From contig OZ242011.1 of the NCBI GenBank assembly GCA_965204755.1, forward strand, positions 3,104,001 to 3,168,000: DNA of 64,000 nt. The letters are read 5' to 3'. This DNA is from Candidatus Marinacidobacterium sp. (GTDB taxonomy: Bacteria > Acidobacteriota > Vicinamibacteria > Marinacidobacterales > Marinacidobacteraceae). The notes under the pieces are model-generated. The model was not told the origin of the DNA, did not search any database, and saw only the letters and a list, made by a program, of their open reading frames with translations. The translations under genes and the position numbers were made by a program. Each line of letters opens with the position of its first letter. Positions within the stretch are counted from its first letter, which is position 1. Below are positions 28,953 through 41,364 of the stretch, one piece after another.

Positions 28953-30251
28953 GTGCCGAGAGCCGCTTTCACTTCGCTGGGGTGCCGCCTCAACCACACC
29001 GAAGCGGCGGCCTGGGCGGGTCAGTTCGCCGACAAAGGCTACACGATCGTCCCCTGGGGCGAGCCGGCGGAAGTCGCGGTCATCAACACCTGTTCGGTGA
29101 CCCACCGGGCGGAGGCGCACTGCCGCAACATCGTGCGCCGGGCGCTCCGCGATTCGCCCGACGCGTTCGTCGTCGTCGCCGGCTGCTACGCCCAGTCCGA
29201 CTTCGAGGCGCTCCGGAAGATCCCCGGCGTGGACCTCATCGTCGGGACCGAATACAAGGACACCTTCGCGGACTACCTCGACCGGCCGAGGAAACTCCCC
29301 GACCCGGTGGTCCTCCACTCGGCGCGGATCTCGCGGGAAGAGTTCGAGGTGCCTTCCACCGGCAGGTACGACTCGACGCGCGCCAACCTGAAGGTGCAGG
29401 ACGGCTGCGACTTCTTCTGTTCCTTCTGCATCATTCCCTATACCCGGGGCCGGGAGCGCAGCCGGCGTTACGCCGACCTGATGCGGGAGGCGCGCGAGTT
29501 GGCCGACGGGGGGTATCGGGAACTCGTGCTCACCGGAGTGAACATCGGCCGCTACGAAAACGGCGGCAAGACGCTCGCCGATGTGGCGGACGGGCTCGAA
29601 GAAGTCCCCGGGGTGGACCGGATCCGCATCACCTCCATCGAACCGACCACGGTCGAGGAACGCCTGCTCCGGGGTATGGCCGGCGAAGGCAAACTCTGCC
29701 GATACCTCCACCTGCCGGTCCAGAGCGGGGACGACGGCGTGCTGTCCGGAATGGGCCGCCGTTACACCGCGGAGGAATATTGCGAGTTCGCCGAGCGCGC
29801 CGCGGCGTCCGTTCCCGGACTCGGCCTCGGCACCGATGTCATCGTGGGTTTCCCCGGCGAAACCGACGCCGCCTTCGACCGCACCCGCCGGGTCCTCGCC
29901 GGTTTGCCGTTCGCGTACTACCATGTGTTCAGTTACTCCCCCCGCGCCGGAACGAAGGCCGCGCAGTCTCCCGACCGCGTGCCCCCCGAAGTCATCGCGG
30001 AACGGAGCCGCGCGCTGCGCGAAGACTCCGACCGCCGCCGCCGCGAATTCGCCGCCTCCCACCTCGGCCGAACGGTGGAAGTCCTCTTCGAACAACGGGA
30101 CCGCGCCGGCCGCTGGACCGGCCTGACCGATTCCTACCTCCGCGTCGGCGTCCTCTCCCCCGAACCCCTGGAAAACCAACTCCGCCCCGTCCGCCTCGCC
30201 TCCGTCGCCCCCGACACCCCGGGCCTCGCCATCGGCGCCCTCGTCGCTTAG
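28953..30251 (+). CDS. mtaB: tRNA t6A37 methylthiotransferase (radical SAM)
   Basis: SLGCRLN, INTCSVT, AGCYAQ, KVQDGCDFFCSFCIIP, HVFSYSPRAGT. Confidence 0.9.
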   Translation: MPRAAFTSLGCRLNHTEAAAWAGQFADKGYTIVPWGEPAEVAVINTCSVTHRAEAHCRNIVRRALRDSPDAFVVVAGCYAQSDFEALRKIPGVDLIVGTEYKDTFADYLDRPRKLPDPVVLHSARISREEFEVPSTGRYDSTRANLKVQDGCDFFCSFCIIPYTRGRERSRRYADLMREARELADGGYRELVLTGVNIGRYENGGKTLADVADGLEEVPGVDRIRITSIEPTTVEERLLRGMAGEGKLCRYLHLPVQSGDDGVLSGMGRRYTAEEYCEFAERAAASVPGLGLGTDVIVGFPGETDAAFDRTRRVLAGLPFAYYHVFSYSPRAGTKAAQSPDRVPPEVIAERSRALREDSDRRRREFAASHLGRTVEVLFEQRDRAGRWTGLTDSYLRVGVLSPEPLENQLRPVRLASVAPDTPGLAIGALVA

Positions 30252-30254
30252 GGC

Positions 30255-30973
30255 CTACCTGTCACCGGGGCTCAGCGGCCGCTGCGGTTCCTGTAGGGTT
30301 TTGCCGGCCGGGTCTCGTTTCGCGGAGAGCCCCGAGTTCGACAGTCCGAGCACGGTGGCGCACTGCTCGTCGTTGAGGTCGTACGGGTACCAGCCGTAAC
30401 TCGCGGCAGCCTCACAGAAGGCGACTTCTTCGGGATCGGCATCGCGAATCGCGGCCCATCCCTCGCGCAGGCAGTCGTCTCGTATTCCCGCCGCCTCGAG
30501 CCGGCGCAGGACGGCTTCGACGAGGCGGGCGCACTCCTGCCGAAACACCGGAAGATCCACCCGAACCTCTCCTTGCTCGAGGTACTTTGTGGGTGAGAAT
30601 CGCGGGCGTTCCGGGGTGGACCGGAACCACTGCAGCCGGAGGCGTTTCTCGGTCGGCATGATGATCAGGTCGGGAAACACGAAGCCGTCCCCGCCGCTCA
30701 CCAGCGAGTGGCGTTGCCGAAACTCGTGGCGCTCGGAATCCGTCGGACTTCGGGACTCTCCGCCGTAGAACCACCAGTTCTCCGTCAGCGACGCGGCCAG
30801 GGGATAGAGCGGTACATGTATCCGGTCACTGACGCTTCCGTCCGTGCGGTCGAGGAACCGCGTAACTGTGACGGCCCCGACTCGAACTTCCAGGGAAGCG
30901 AAGGTCGCCGCCAGTTCGGGCCCGCGACGCCGTCCCCGTCGAGCCAGTCGAATCGGAAACCGAAACTCGCCAC
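30255..30973 (-). pseudogene. Frameshifted, apparently truncated accessory gene (resembles N-terminal region of proteins fused to ImmA/IrrE peptidases)
   Basis: GTG 30973 gives MASFGFRFDWLDGDGV. It continues as (R)GPELAATFASLEVRVG...PLYPLA..NWW...RHSL...GFVFP in another frame. One missing C near 30926 joins them. Lower GC than the flanks. Confidence 0.5.
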
Positions 30974-31181
30974 GGCGGCTTCTCGAACTTCGCGGCCAAC
31001 GGCGCCGCGCAGCGGATGCCCCTCCCCGGCGTCGTGCCCGCTCTCGAACGGAACCTGCTTTCGCCGCGCGCGCATGAACGCCTGACTTCCTGCGCGTCAT
31101 CGTAGCCGCGCCGGGCAGCCGCGCCGGAGACCGCTCCGGGGCGGGGCCGGGCGGGGGTCGTCCGGCCCCGGAGGGGTCAGG

Positions 31182-33995
<2,814 letters not shown>

Positions 33996-34088
33996 GTCGG
34001 GTTCTCCTGACGCATCCCGGCGCAGCGCCGGGGCGGCGGATCTGGATGGGGGGTCGGCCCGGTCGAGACTCCCCCGATTCCGGGGGAG

Positions 34089-34136
34089 GCACAATATGTT
34101 GGGGGTAGGCCTTGCGCCTACCACTATATGTGGTGG
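34089..34136. promoter_or_regulatory. Tandem NrdR boxes upstream of nrdJ
   Basis: GCACAATATGTTGGGG (34089-34104) and CCACTATATGTGGTGG (34121-34136), 32-bp period. Both match the consensus acaCwAtATaTwGtgt. Confidence 0.85.
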
Positions 34137-34384
34137 GTGCCCGGAAAGGCAACCGGACGACGGAGTCCGGTGGAATCCGCGGGGTCGGTGGCCTCGCGGC
34201 GGCCCGGTCGAGTCCGGCGGGGGCCGCAGGAGTGCCCGTTTCGCGGGCCCGGGGCGCTGTCGCGGGCGCCCGACCGGCGCCCGGAGGCGAGCGGCGTCCG
34301 CGCCCCGTACGCGGAACCGCCCGGCGCCGCCGAAGCGCGCCGGGCGGGAAGGGGTAGGGTCGAGGAGGCGAGCGCCGGGGCCGG

Positions 34385-36634
34385 TCAGCGGCTCGGCCGC
34401 CTCGGCCGGGCCCGGCTGCTCCCGGACCGGCTGCCCGAGGATCGCGGCGCGGAGCGGGCGCCGGAACCGGAGCGCGACCGCGCGCCGGAAGAGGGTCGGG
34501 AGCGGCTCGCGGAACTCGGCCGGGAGCGGCTGGTGGAACTCGGACGCGAGCGGCTCGTGGAACTCGGACGGCCCCGCGCGGACGAACTCGGCCGGGACCT
34601 GGCGCCGGAACTCGGCCGGGAGCGGTTGGTGGAACTCGGCCGGCTCCGCGTGGACGAACTCGGCCGCGGCCGGGCGGTCGAACCGGGCCGGGAGCGCGAC
34701 GCGGAGGCGGGCCGCGAGGAGGCGCCGGAGCGCGGTCGGGCTCGGCTGGCGGAACCCGGCCGGCGCCGCGCGCCGGAACTCGGCCGCGCGCTCGACGCCG
34801 CGCCGGAGCGGGGCCGCGCCGAGGCCGCCGGGCGGGCGCCGCTCCGGGCCGCCGCGCCGCCGCGCCGCCGGGCGGCGGCTCCCCGCGCCGAAGCGTCGCC
34901 GCCGCTACGGGGGCTGTTCGCTCCGCTACGGGGGCTGTTCGCCCCGCTCCGCGGCCGGGCCACGCGGGTCCCGGTCGCGGAGGGACTGCGGCCGGAGGCG
35001 CTCGCGGCGCGCCCGGAGGCGGCCGCGGCCTCCCGAGTCGCGGCGGTGCGCGGCCGGGCGACGCGGCGGGCGGCGGCGGACACCGGCGTGCTTCGGGTTC
35101 CGCCGGAGGAAGCCGCGGCCGCGGCGGCGGGGTCGGCGCGGTGGCGCTCCGCCGGCCGCCGCCAGCCGAGGGCAGTCCGGCCGGCGCTTCCGACCGCGCG
35201 CTGCCGGCGGCTTGCGACCGTCCCGGTGTTGCGCCCGGTGTTGGCGAGCCCCCGCGCGGTGACGCTCGCGGAGCGGGCGATGGCCGTTTCCCCGACCGCC
35301 CGCCGGCGGAGCCCCCGGTCGAGCACCGCGCCGCGCTCCAGCACCTGCGCGTCGTCGAGCCGGTTCAGCCGCGCGACGGCCAGCCGGTTCCGGGAAGCGG
35401 CGCGTCCGAGCGCGTCGCGGCGGGTGAAACTCCACCCGCGCCCCGCGCCCCGCGCGACGGCGCCCCGTCCGACGGCCGTCCCCCGCGGCACGGCGGTCCC
35501 GACGACCGTCCCCCGCGCCGGGCGGCCGTAGCCGCCGCCCCGGAAGTCGCCCCAGCCGTACACCGGGTAGCCGAACGGGCTCAGCGGCGACCACCCGATC
35601 CAGTCGTAGCCGTAGGCCCAGGAGACCCACCCCGGAGACCAGGCGTGGCCCGGCAGCCAGTACCAACCCCGGGGCCCGTGCCCCCATCTCCCGTAGTGGA
35701 AGGGGGCCCAGCCCCAGGGGTCGTACGAGATCCAGGTGTAGCCGAACGGGGTGTGCGCCCACCGGCCGTGGTAGTAGGGAGACCACGCGGCGGCCACCGC
35801 CGGGTACCAGATCCACCCGTGGTCGTGGTCGTGGGCCCACCGGCCGTGCCCGTCGAGGTCGTGGACATGCTCCCGGACCTCTTCCGGCAAGTCCTCGTAC
35901 GGGACATCCTCGCCCCGGACGAATCGCGCCTGCCGGTTCGCCGCCCAGTCGGCGAAGTCGTCGTCGGCCCGCCAGGACTCCGGCGCGGAGGGCGCCTCCC
36001 CGGCGGAGGCGACCGTCCGGTTGCCGGCGCGCACCAGCACCGAACCCGCTTCGTTGCCCACCGTGGCGATGCCTTCCCGCACGCCGAACTGGACGGTGCG
36101 GCGGTCGTCGAGGACATCGAGGCGGTAGAGGCCCTCGCCCTGCGGGGTCAGCGTCCCGCCCGGCGTCTCGACCACGACCTCCGACTCCTCGCCGACCCGG
36201 AACAGCAGGCTGCCGGTCCAAAAGCCGAGCCGGTGCGGCCGGTCCGCCTCCACATAGTCCAACTTGGTGCCCTCGTCCATCCAGGCGGTGACCCAGCCGG
36301 AAAAGCGGATCTCCACCTTTCCCGGCTCGCGCGTCCAGATGCGGTCGCCGGGCAGGAACGGGCTGTTGGCCTCGGCCTCCTCGGCGCCGAACTCGTCGGC
36401 GCGCTGGTGCCAGACATCGCCTTCCACCGCCGCGAGGCTGCCGTAGCGGTAGTAGGAGTCGTCGTCGGCGCCCTCGTCCTGAGCCGGCGCCGACCCGGCC
36501 GCGAAGACCGCGAGGACGACGGCGGCGAGCGTCTTCCGTGTGGGCAGCGCGCGCGTGGGCAGCGTCCGCGCGGGCGCGGCGACGCCCTCCGCCGGATTCG
36601 CGGCGAAGCGGTTCAGTGCGGCGTGTTCGGTCAT
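34385..36634 (-). CDS. FecR-domain / DUF6600 exported protein with Ser/Arg-rich repetitive tail
   Basis: Signal peptide, FecR-like PGDRIWT...YRLDV, WSPYYHGRW...PWGWAPFHYGRW...WSPGWV (DUF6600), C-terminal SRPSS repeats. GGAGG RBS. Confidence 0.85.
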   Translation of the reverse strand: MTEHAALNRFAANPAEGVAAPARTLPTRALPTRKTLAAVVLAVFAAGSAPAQDEGADDDSYYRYGSLAAVEGDVWHQRADEFGAEEAEANSPFLPGDRIWTREPGKVEIRFSGWVTAWMDEGTKLDYVEADRPHRLGFWTGSLLFRVGEESEVVVETPGGTLTPQGEGLYRLDVLDDRRTVQFGVREGIATVGNEAGSVLVRAGNRTVASAGEAPSAPESWRADDDFADWAANRQARFVRGEDVPYEDLPEEVREHVHDLDGHGRWAHDHDHGWIWYPAVAAAWSPYYHGRWAHTPFGYTWISYDPWGWAPFHYGRWGHGPRGWYWLPGHAWSPGWVSWAYGYDWIGWSPLSPFGYPVYGWGDFRGGGYGRPARGTVVGTAVPRGTAVGRGAVARGAGRGWSFTRRDALGRAASRNRLAVARLNRLDDAQVLERGAVLDRGLRRRAVGETAIARSASVTARGLANTGRNTGTVASRRQRAVGSAGRTALGWRRPAERHRADPAAAAAASSGGTRSTPVSAAARRVARPRTAATREAAAASGRAASASGRSPSATGTRVARPRSGANSPRSGANSPRSGGDASARGAAARRRGGAAARSGARPAASARPRSGAASSARPSSGARRRPGSASRARPRSGASSRPASASRSRPGSTARPRPSSSTRSRPSSTNRSRPSSGARSRPSSSARGRPSSTSRSRPSSTSRSRPSSASRSRPSSGARSRSGSGARSAPRSSGSRSGSSRARPRRPSR

Positions 36635-36754
36635 GGCGAGTCCCTCCGGCGGCAACGACATCGACAACTTGCTAATCCGCAAACGGTATGCCGGGCGCGG
36701 CGCCCCCGCCCGCGCCCCCCGCCGCCCGTCCGGCCCGCCCGATCGTCGGCCCGC

Positions 36755-37171
36755 TCAATCCAGCCGCTCGAGGAACTCCGTCGCCTGCGTCCGGGCGCGC
36801 TCGGCCCGGAACTGCCGCCAAGCCGGCCGGACCTCGCGGTCCTGCGTGGTGAGCCGGGCGAGTTTGCTCCCGTCCGGGTCGTCTTCCACCAACCCTTCGA
36901 GCCGGGACCGCATCTCCCCCTTCGGCAGGGACTCGACGAACGCGTCCTGCTCGCTCAGCACCTCCTCCAGCCGCGGTTTCGGGACGGCGACGAACCGCCC
37001 CCGGGTGTCCGACTCGAGTTGCCAGACGATCTCCTGGGTCTCGGAGTCCTCGTGGTCCTCGGCCACGCTCAGGACGCGGGCGGAGTCCCGGTCGTAGTAG
37101 TAGGTCCGCTCCGGGCCGTCGTCGAAGAAGGCGGCGACGAGCGCTTCGAGAACGGACGGATCGGCCTTCAC
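36755..37171 (-). CDS. UPF0158 family protein
   Basis: LVAAF...YYYDRDSARV...RFVAVP...AFVESL...WRQFR pattern. GTGA overlap with the glpX stop. Confidence 0.65.
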   Translation of the reverse strand: MKADPSVLEALVAAFFDDGPERTYYYDRDSARVLSVAEDHEDSETQEIVWQLESDTRGRFVAVPKPRLEEVLSEQDAFVESLPKGEMRSRLEGLVEDDPDGSKLARLTTQDREVRPAWRQFRAERARTQATEFLERLD

Positions 37172-38253
37172 GATGGTCGCGTTTGGGCGGCGCCCCCCGG
37201 CGGGGGCCGCTCCGAAAGGGTACACAACCCGCGCCGGGTGGCGCGGATCATCTCGGGCGGATCGTTCGCGAGGGTGAGGGTGGAGACTTCCACCGCCTCG
37301 CCCGCCGGGCCGCCGAACCGGACGCCCGGCGCGAGCGCTCCGTCGGTGACCCCGGCGGCGACGAACCAAAGCGTCGGGCCCGGCGCGAGTTCCTCGGTGG
37401 AGAGCGCTCGGTCGGGTTCCCGGACCCCGGTCTCGCGGATGCGCCGGCGGTCGGCGTCGCTCCGCACGAGCAGCCGCCCGAGCATCCCGCCCCCCAGGCA
37501 GCGCAGCGCGGCGGCGGTGATCACGCCTTCCGGCGCTCCGCCGGAGCCCATGGCGGCGTGGACCGGCGACTCCGGAAGCGCCGCCGAGAGCCCGGCGGAG
37601 AGGTCGCCGTCGCCGATCAGCCGCACCCGCGCCCCGGCGCGGCGGATCCCGGCGACGAGGGCTTCGTGCCGCGGCCGCTCGAGGACGACGACGGTGAGTT
37701 CGCCCGGCGGCACGCCTTCGGCGGCGGCGATCGCCGCCACATTCTCCTCCGGCGGGAGGTCGAGCCGGACCGCCTCCCCGAGGAGGGCCCGGGCCGCCGG
37801 GCCGACCACGATCTTGTCCATGTAGAGGTCCGGCGCCCGGAGCAGCCCGCCCCGCTCGGCGCCGGCGAGGACCGCGATGGCGCCGGGCCCGCCGGTCGCG
37901 CACAGGTTCGTGCCTTCGAGCGGGTCCACCGCGATGTCCAGTTCCGGATCGTCCGCCCCGGCGGGCCCCGGGCCCCGGCGGCCGGCGCCGAACTCCTCGC
38001 CGCTCCAGAGCATCGGGGCCCGGTCCCGCTCCCCTTCGCCGATGACCACCCGGCCCCGCGCCGGCGCCCCGTCCATCGCCGCCCGCATCGCCTCCACCGC
38101 CACCTCGTCGGAGCGGTGGCGGTCGCCGAGCCCGACGGTCCGCGCCGCGGCCACCGCCGCCTCCTCGGCGGTCCGGACCAGGTGCGGCAGGAGGGAGCGG
38201 GGCAGGCGCGGCGCCCCGCCGCCCCCGGGGTCGGCCGCGCGCCGGCCCGCCAC
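37168..38253 (-). CDS. glpX: Fructose-1,6-bisphosphatase class II
   Basis: [48 protein letters not shown]. Start approximate. Confidence 0.92.
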   Translation of the reverse strand: MAGRRAADPGGGGAPRLPRSLLPHLVRTAEEAAVAAARTVGLGDRHRSDEVAVEAMRAAMDGAPARGRVVIGEGERDRAPMLWSGEEFGAGRRGPGPAGADDPELDIAVDPLEGTNLCATGGPGAIAVLAGAERGGLLRAPDLYMDKIVVGPAARALLGEAVRLDLPPEENVAAIAAAEGVPPGELTVVVLERPRHEALVAGIRRAGARVRLIGDGDLSAGLSAALPESPVHAAMGSGGAPEGVITAAALRCLGGGMLGRLLVRSDADRRRIRETGVREPDRALSTEELAPGPTLWFVAAGVTDGALAPGVRFGGPAGEAVEVSTLTLANDPPEMIRATRRGLCTLSERPPPGGAAQTRPS

Positions 38254-38270
38254 GCCCGGCCCCCCGAACC

Positions 38271-39482
38271 TCAGTCGGCGATCTCGGGAAGGGTGACGCG
38301 GGTGGGGCGGTCGCGGCGATAGCCGAGCGCGTAGTCCGCCTGCATCAGGGTGTGGATCTCCCGCGTCCCCTCGTAGATCACCGCGCCCTTCGAGTTCCGC
38401 CAGAACCGCCCCACCGGGTACTCGTCGGAATACCCGTACGAGCCGTGGATCTGGATCGCGTCGGACCCGGCCCGCTCCGAGGCCACCGTCGCCACCCACT
38501 TCGCGAGCGAGGTCTCGCGGGTGTTCCGCCGCCCCCGGTTCTTCAACTCCCCGGCGCGCATCCACAGCAGCCGCGACACCTGGTAGTCGCGCTCCATGCC
38601 GGCGATCATCTGCTTCACCAACTGGTACTGCCCGATCTCCTCCCCGAAGGCCTTCCGCGACTTCGCCCAGGAGACGCTCCGGTCGCGGCAGGCCCGGATC
38701 AGCCCGGTGGCGCCCGCCGCCACGGTGAACCGTCCCTGGTCGAGCGCGAACATGGCGATCTTGAAGCCCTCGCCCTCCTCGCCCAGCCGGTTCGCCGCCG
38801 GCACCCGCACTTCGTCCATGCGGAACCAGCCGGTGTTGCCGGCGCGGATGCCCCACTTGTGGGTCATCTTGCCGGTCGAGAGCCCGTCGCGCTCCCGCTC
38901 CACCAGGAAGGCGGAGAGCCCGGAGTGGTCGCGGCGCCGGCGCTTCTCCGGATCGGTCCAGGCGACCACCAGGAAGTGGTCGGCGATCTCGGCCAGCGAG
39001 ATCCAGTGCTTTTCGCCGGAGAGCAGGTAGTCGCCCCCGTCCCGGCGGGCGGTGGCGCGGATGCCGACGGCGTCGCTGCCGGCGTCGGGTTCGGTGAGGC
39101 CGTAGGTGGCGATGGCCCGGCCTTCCGCCTGCGGGCGGAGGAACCGCTCCTTCTGCTCCTCGGTGCCCCAGGTCAGCACCGACAGCGAGTTCAGGCCGAT
39201 GTGGACCGAGAGGATCACCCGGAGCGAGGTGTCCACATATTCGAGTTCTTCGGAGGCGAGCCCCAAGCAGATGTAGTCGAGCCCGGAGCCCCCATACCGC
39301 TCCGGGATCGAGATGCCTAGGATCCCGGTGTCCGCCATCCCGCGCAGGATGTTCCGGTCGAAGACGCCGGCGGCGTCGTTCTCCCGGATGTTCGGGGCGA
39401 CTTCCCGCGCGGCGAAGTCGCGCACCGATTCCGCGGCGGCCCGCTGCTCCCCGTTCAGGTCGAAGTTGAGGCGCTCGCCCAT
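38271..39482 (-). CDS. Acyl-CoA dehydrogenase
   Basis: [42 protein letters not shown]. Confidence 0.93.
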   Translation of the reverse strand: MGERLNFDLNGEQRAAAESVRDFAAREVAPNIRENDAAGVFDRNILRGMADTGILGISIPERYGGSGLDYICLGLASEELEYVDTSLRVILSVHIGLNSLSVLTWGTEEQKERFLRPQAEGRAIATYGLTEPDAGSDAVGIRATARRDGGDYLLSGEKHWISLAEIADHFLVVAWTDPEKRRRRDHSGLSAFLVERERDGLSTGKMTHKWGIRAGNTGWFRMDEVRVPAANRLGEEGEGFKIAMFALDQGRFTVAAGATGLIRACRDRSVSWAKSRKAFGEEIGQYQLVKQMIAGMERDYQVSRLLWMRAGELKNRGRRNTRETSLAKWVATVASERAGSDAIQIHGSYGYSDEYPVGRFWRNSKGAVIYEGTREIHTLMQADYALGYRRDRPTRVTLPEIAD

Positions 39483-39641
39483 CGGGTCCTCGGTTCCGGC
39501 AACTCTCAGGCGGTTCGTTCGGGTGTTTCGGCGGTCGGGCGGCGCGGGAGTATAGGGGGCGGGCGACCGGCGGCTGCCCCGCTTCTCCCGGCGGTTTCCG
39601 CGTCCGGCGCGACGCTTGGCCCGGCCCTCACGCCCCGGCCC

Positions 39642-41318
39642 TCACAGCCCGGCCGCGAGCGCCGCGGCCGCCGCCGCGGCCTCCGCCTTCCGGCGGCTGC
39701 TCCCCGACCCGCGGCCGAGCGGGCGGTTCCCGACCACCACCTCCACCACATAGGTCTTGGCGTGCTCCGGCCCGCTCTCCGAGATCAGCCGGTACGCCGG
39801 GAGTCGGCGTTCCTGCTTCACCAGCGCGGTCTGGAGCGCCCCTTTCGGATTGTCCACCGCCGGAGGCGCCGGCGGCGCCGGGCGCGCCGAGCCGCCCCGC
39901 CCCCCGCCGGGCGCCGCCCCGCTTTCGGGCCGCGCGACCCGCTTGGCGCGTCCGTAGAGCCGGGCCAGCGCCCGCCGGGCGGCATCCTTCTCCGCTTCCT
40001 TGAGCCCGCGGCCGCGCCCGTTCTCGGTGAGCCCGCCTTCGAGGTGGATCCGCACCGCGACCAGCCCGCCCGAATTCCCCGGCAGGACTTCGTAGCGGGG
40101 CGCGTCCCGCCCGGCCTTGGCGAGCCGGTTCTGGAGCAGGGTCTTCGGGTCGAGCAACTCCAGGTCCGGGTCGTCCAGGCCTTCGACCGCTTCCGCGAAG
40201 GGCCGCCGGAGCGCCCGCCGCGCCGCCGGCAGCCGCCCGTCCAGGTAGAGCGCGCCGAGCGCCGCCTCCGCCGCCGGCGCCGCGGCCTCCCCCCGGCCGA
40301 GGGCCCACCGCCGGCCCAGCCCCGACCAGAAGTCCTTCTCCTGGAGGCGCATCCGGGCGAGGGTCATCCGGCCTTCGTCCCACTCCGGGAACCGGGTATG
40401 GAGCGCGTCCGCCGCGGCGAGTTGCATGACATCGCGCCCCAGGAACCGCAGCGCGCCGACGCTCGCCTCGCCCTCCCCGCGGCGCGCCGCCGGGGCGGCC
40501 GCGCGGCCCGGCCCGCGCCGCCGACCGCCGCGCCGCCCGGAACCGCGCCCGGAACTTCGTTCCGAACTTCGCCCCGAACTTCGCCCGGAAACTCGCCCGC
40601 CGCCGCGCCGCCGGCGCCCGCCGCCCCCCCCCGCCGGCGGCGCCTCCCCGGCCAGCGCCGTTTCGAGGAGAGCGGGGCGGGCGAAGGTGTACCCGAGGGA
40701 GCGCTCCGGCCGCTTCCGCAGCGCGAGCGCCCGCCGGAGGAAGCGCCGCACCGCCGCGGGCAGGGCGCCGACCCGAAGCGCCAGCCTCTTGCCGGCCCCG
40801 GGGGAGGCCGGCGGCGGCTCGAGTCCCAGCCGGCGGAGTTTCCGGGCGAACGCCGCCGCCACGATCCCCCGCGCGGCGGGCAAGCCCAAGTCGAGGTAGG
40901 CAGCGCCGAGCACCGCCTCGAAGACATTGGCCAGGATGCGGTCCGAGGAGCGGACGCTGTCGTCGCCCCCCGGCCCCCGGCCCACCCGGATGCCGTCGTC
41001 CAGCGAGAGCGCCCGCGCGGCTTCGGCCAGCGACTGGTTGCTCACCACCGCCGACTTGGTCTCCTGCCGCCGCTGCGCGGTCCACTCCGGGCGCTGGAAG
41101 TGCATCGCCTCGGTGACCACCAGCCCGAGGGCGGCGTCGCCGAGGAACTCCAGCCGCTCGTAGTCCGGGACTTCGTGGTCGTGTCGGTAGGAGCCGTGGG
41201 TCAACGCCTGTTCGAGCAGCGCCGTCCGGCGGAACGAGTGCCCCAGACTGCGGGAGAACTCCGACACCGGGCGGCGCGCCGGGGCGGTCCGCCGCCGCTT
41301 TCCTCTTCTTCGCGCCAC
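39642..41318 (-). CDS. rnc: Ribonuclease III with tandem RNase III domains (second degenerate) and two dsRNA-binding domains
   Basis: Domain 1: ALTHGS...YERLEFLGDA...ANVFEAVLGAAYLDLG. Domain 2: LGYTF...GALRFLGRD...EGRMT...AEAALGALYLDG. dsRBDs: DPKTLLQ...KEAEKDAA and NPKGALQ...GPEHAKTY...GSSRRKAE. Confidence 0.88.
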   Translation of the reverse strand: MARRRGKRRRTAPARRPVSEFSRSLGHSFRRTALLEQALTHGSYRHDHEVPDYERLEFLGDAALGLVVTEAMHFQRPEWTAQRRQETKSAVVSNQSLAEAARALSLDDGIRVGRGPGGDDSVRSSDRILANVFEAVLGAAYLDLGLPAARGIVAAAFARKLRRLGLEPPPASPGAGKRLALRVGALPAAVRRFLRRALALRKRPERSLGYTFARPALLETALAGEAPPAGGGGGRRRRGGGRVSGRSSGRSSERSSGRGSGRRGGRRRGPGRAAAPAARRGEGEASVGALRFLGRDVMQLAAADALHTRFPEWDEGRMTLARMRLQEKDFWSGLGRRWALGRGEAAAPAAEAALGALYLDGRLPAARRALRRPFAEAVEGLDDPDLELLDPKTLLQNRLAKAGRDAPRYEVLPGNSGGLVAVRIHLEGGLTENGRGRGLKEAEKDAARRALARLYGRAKRVARPESGAAPGGGRGGSARPAPPAPPAVDNPKGALQTALVKQERRLPAYRLISESGPEHAKTYVVEVVVGNRPLGRGSGSSRRKAEAAAAAAALAAGL

Positions 41319-41364
41319 GGCGCTCAGCCTCCCGTCCGGCGGCCGGGTCGTTCCGCCGCCGCCA

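Noticed and set aside
31105-31181. Intrinsic terminator after nrdJ
   Set aside because: A GC hairpin (GGGGCCGG/CCGGCCCC) is present without a U-tract, so it cannot be distinguished from background in this GC-rich DNA.
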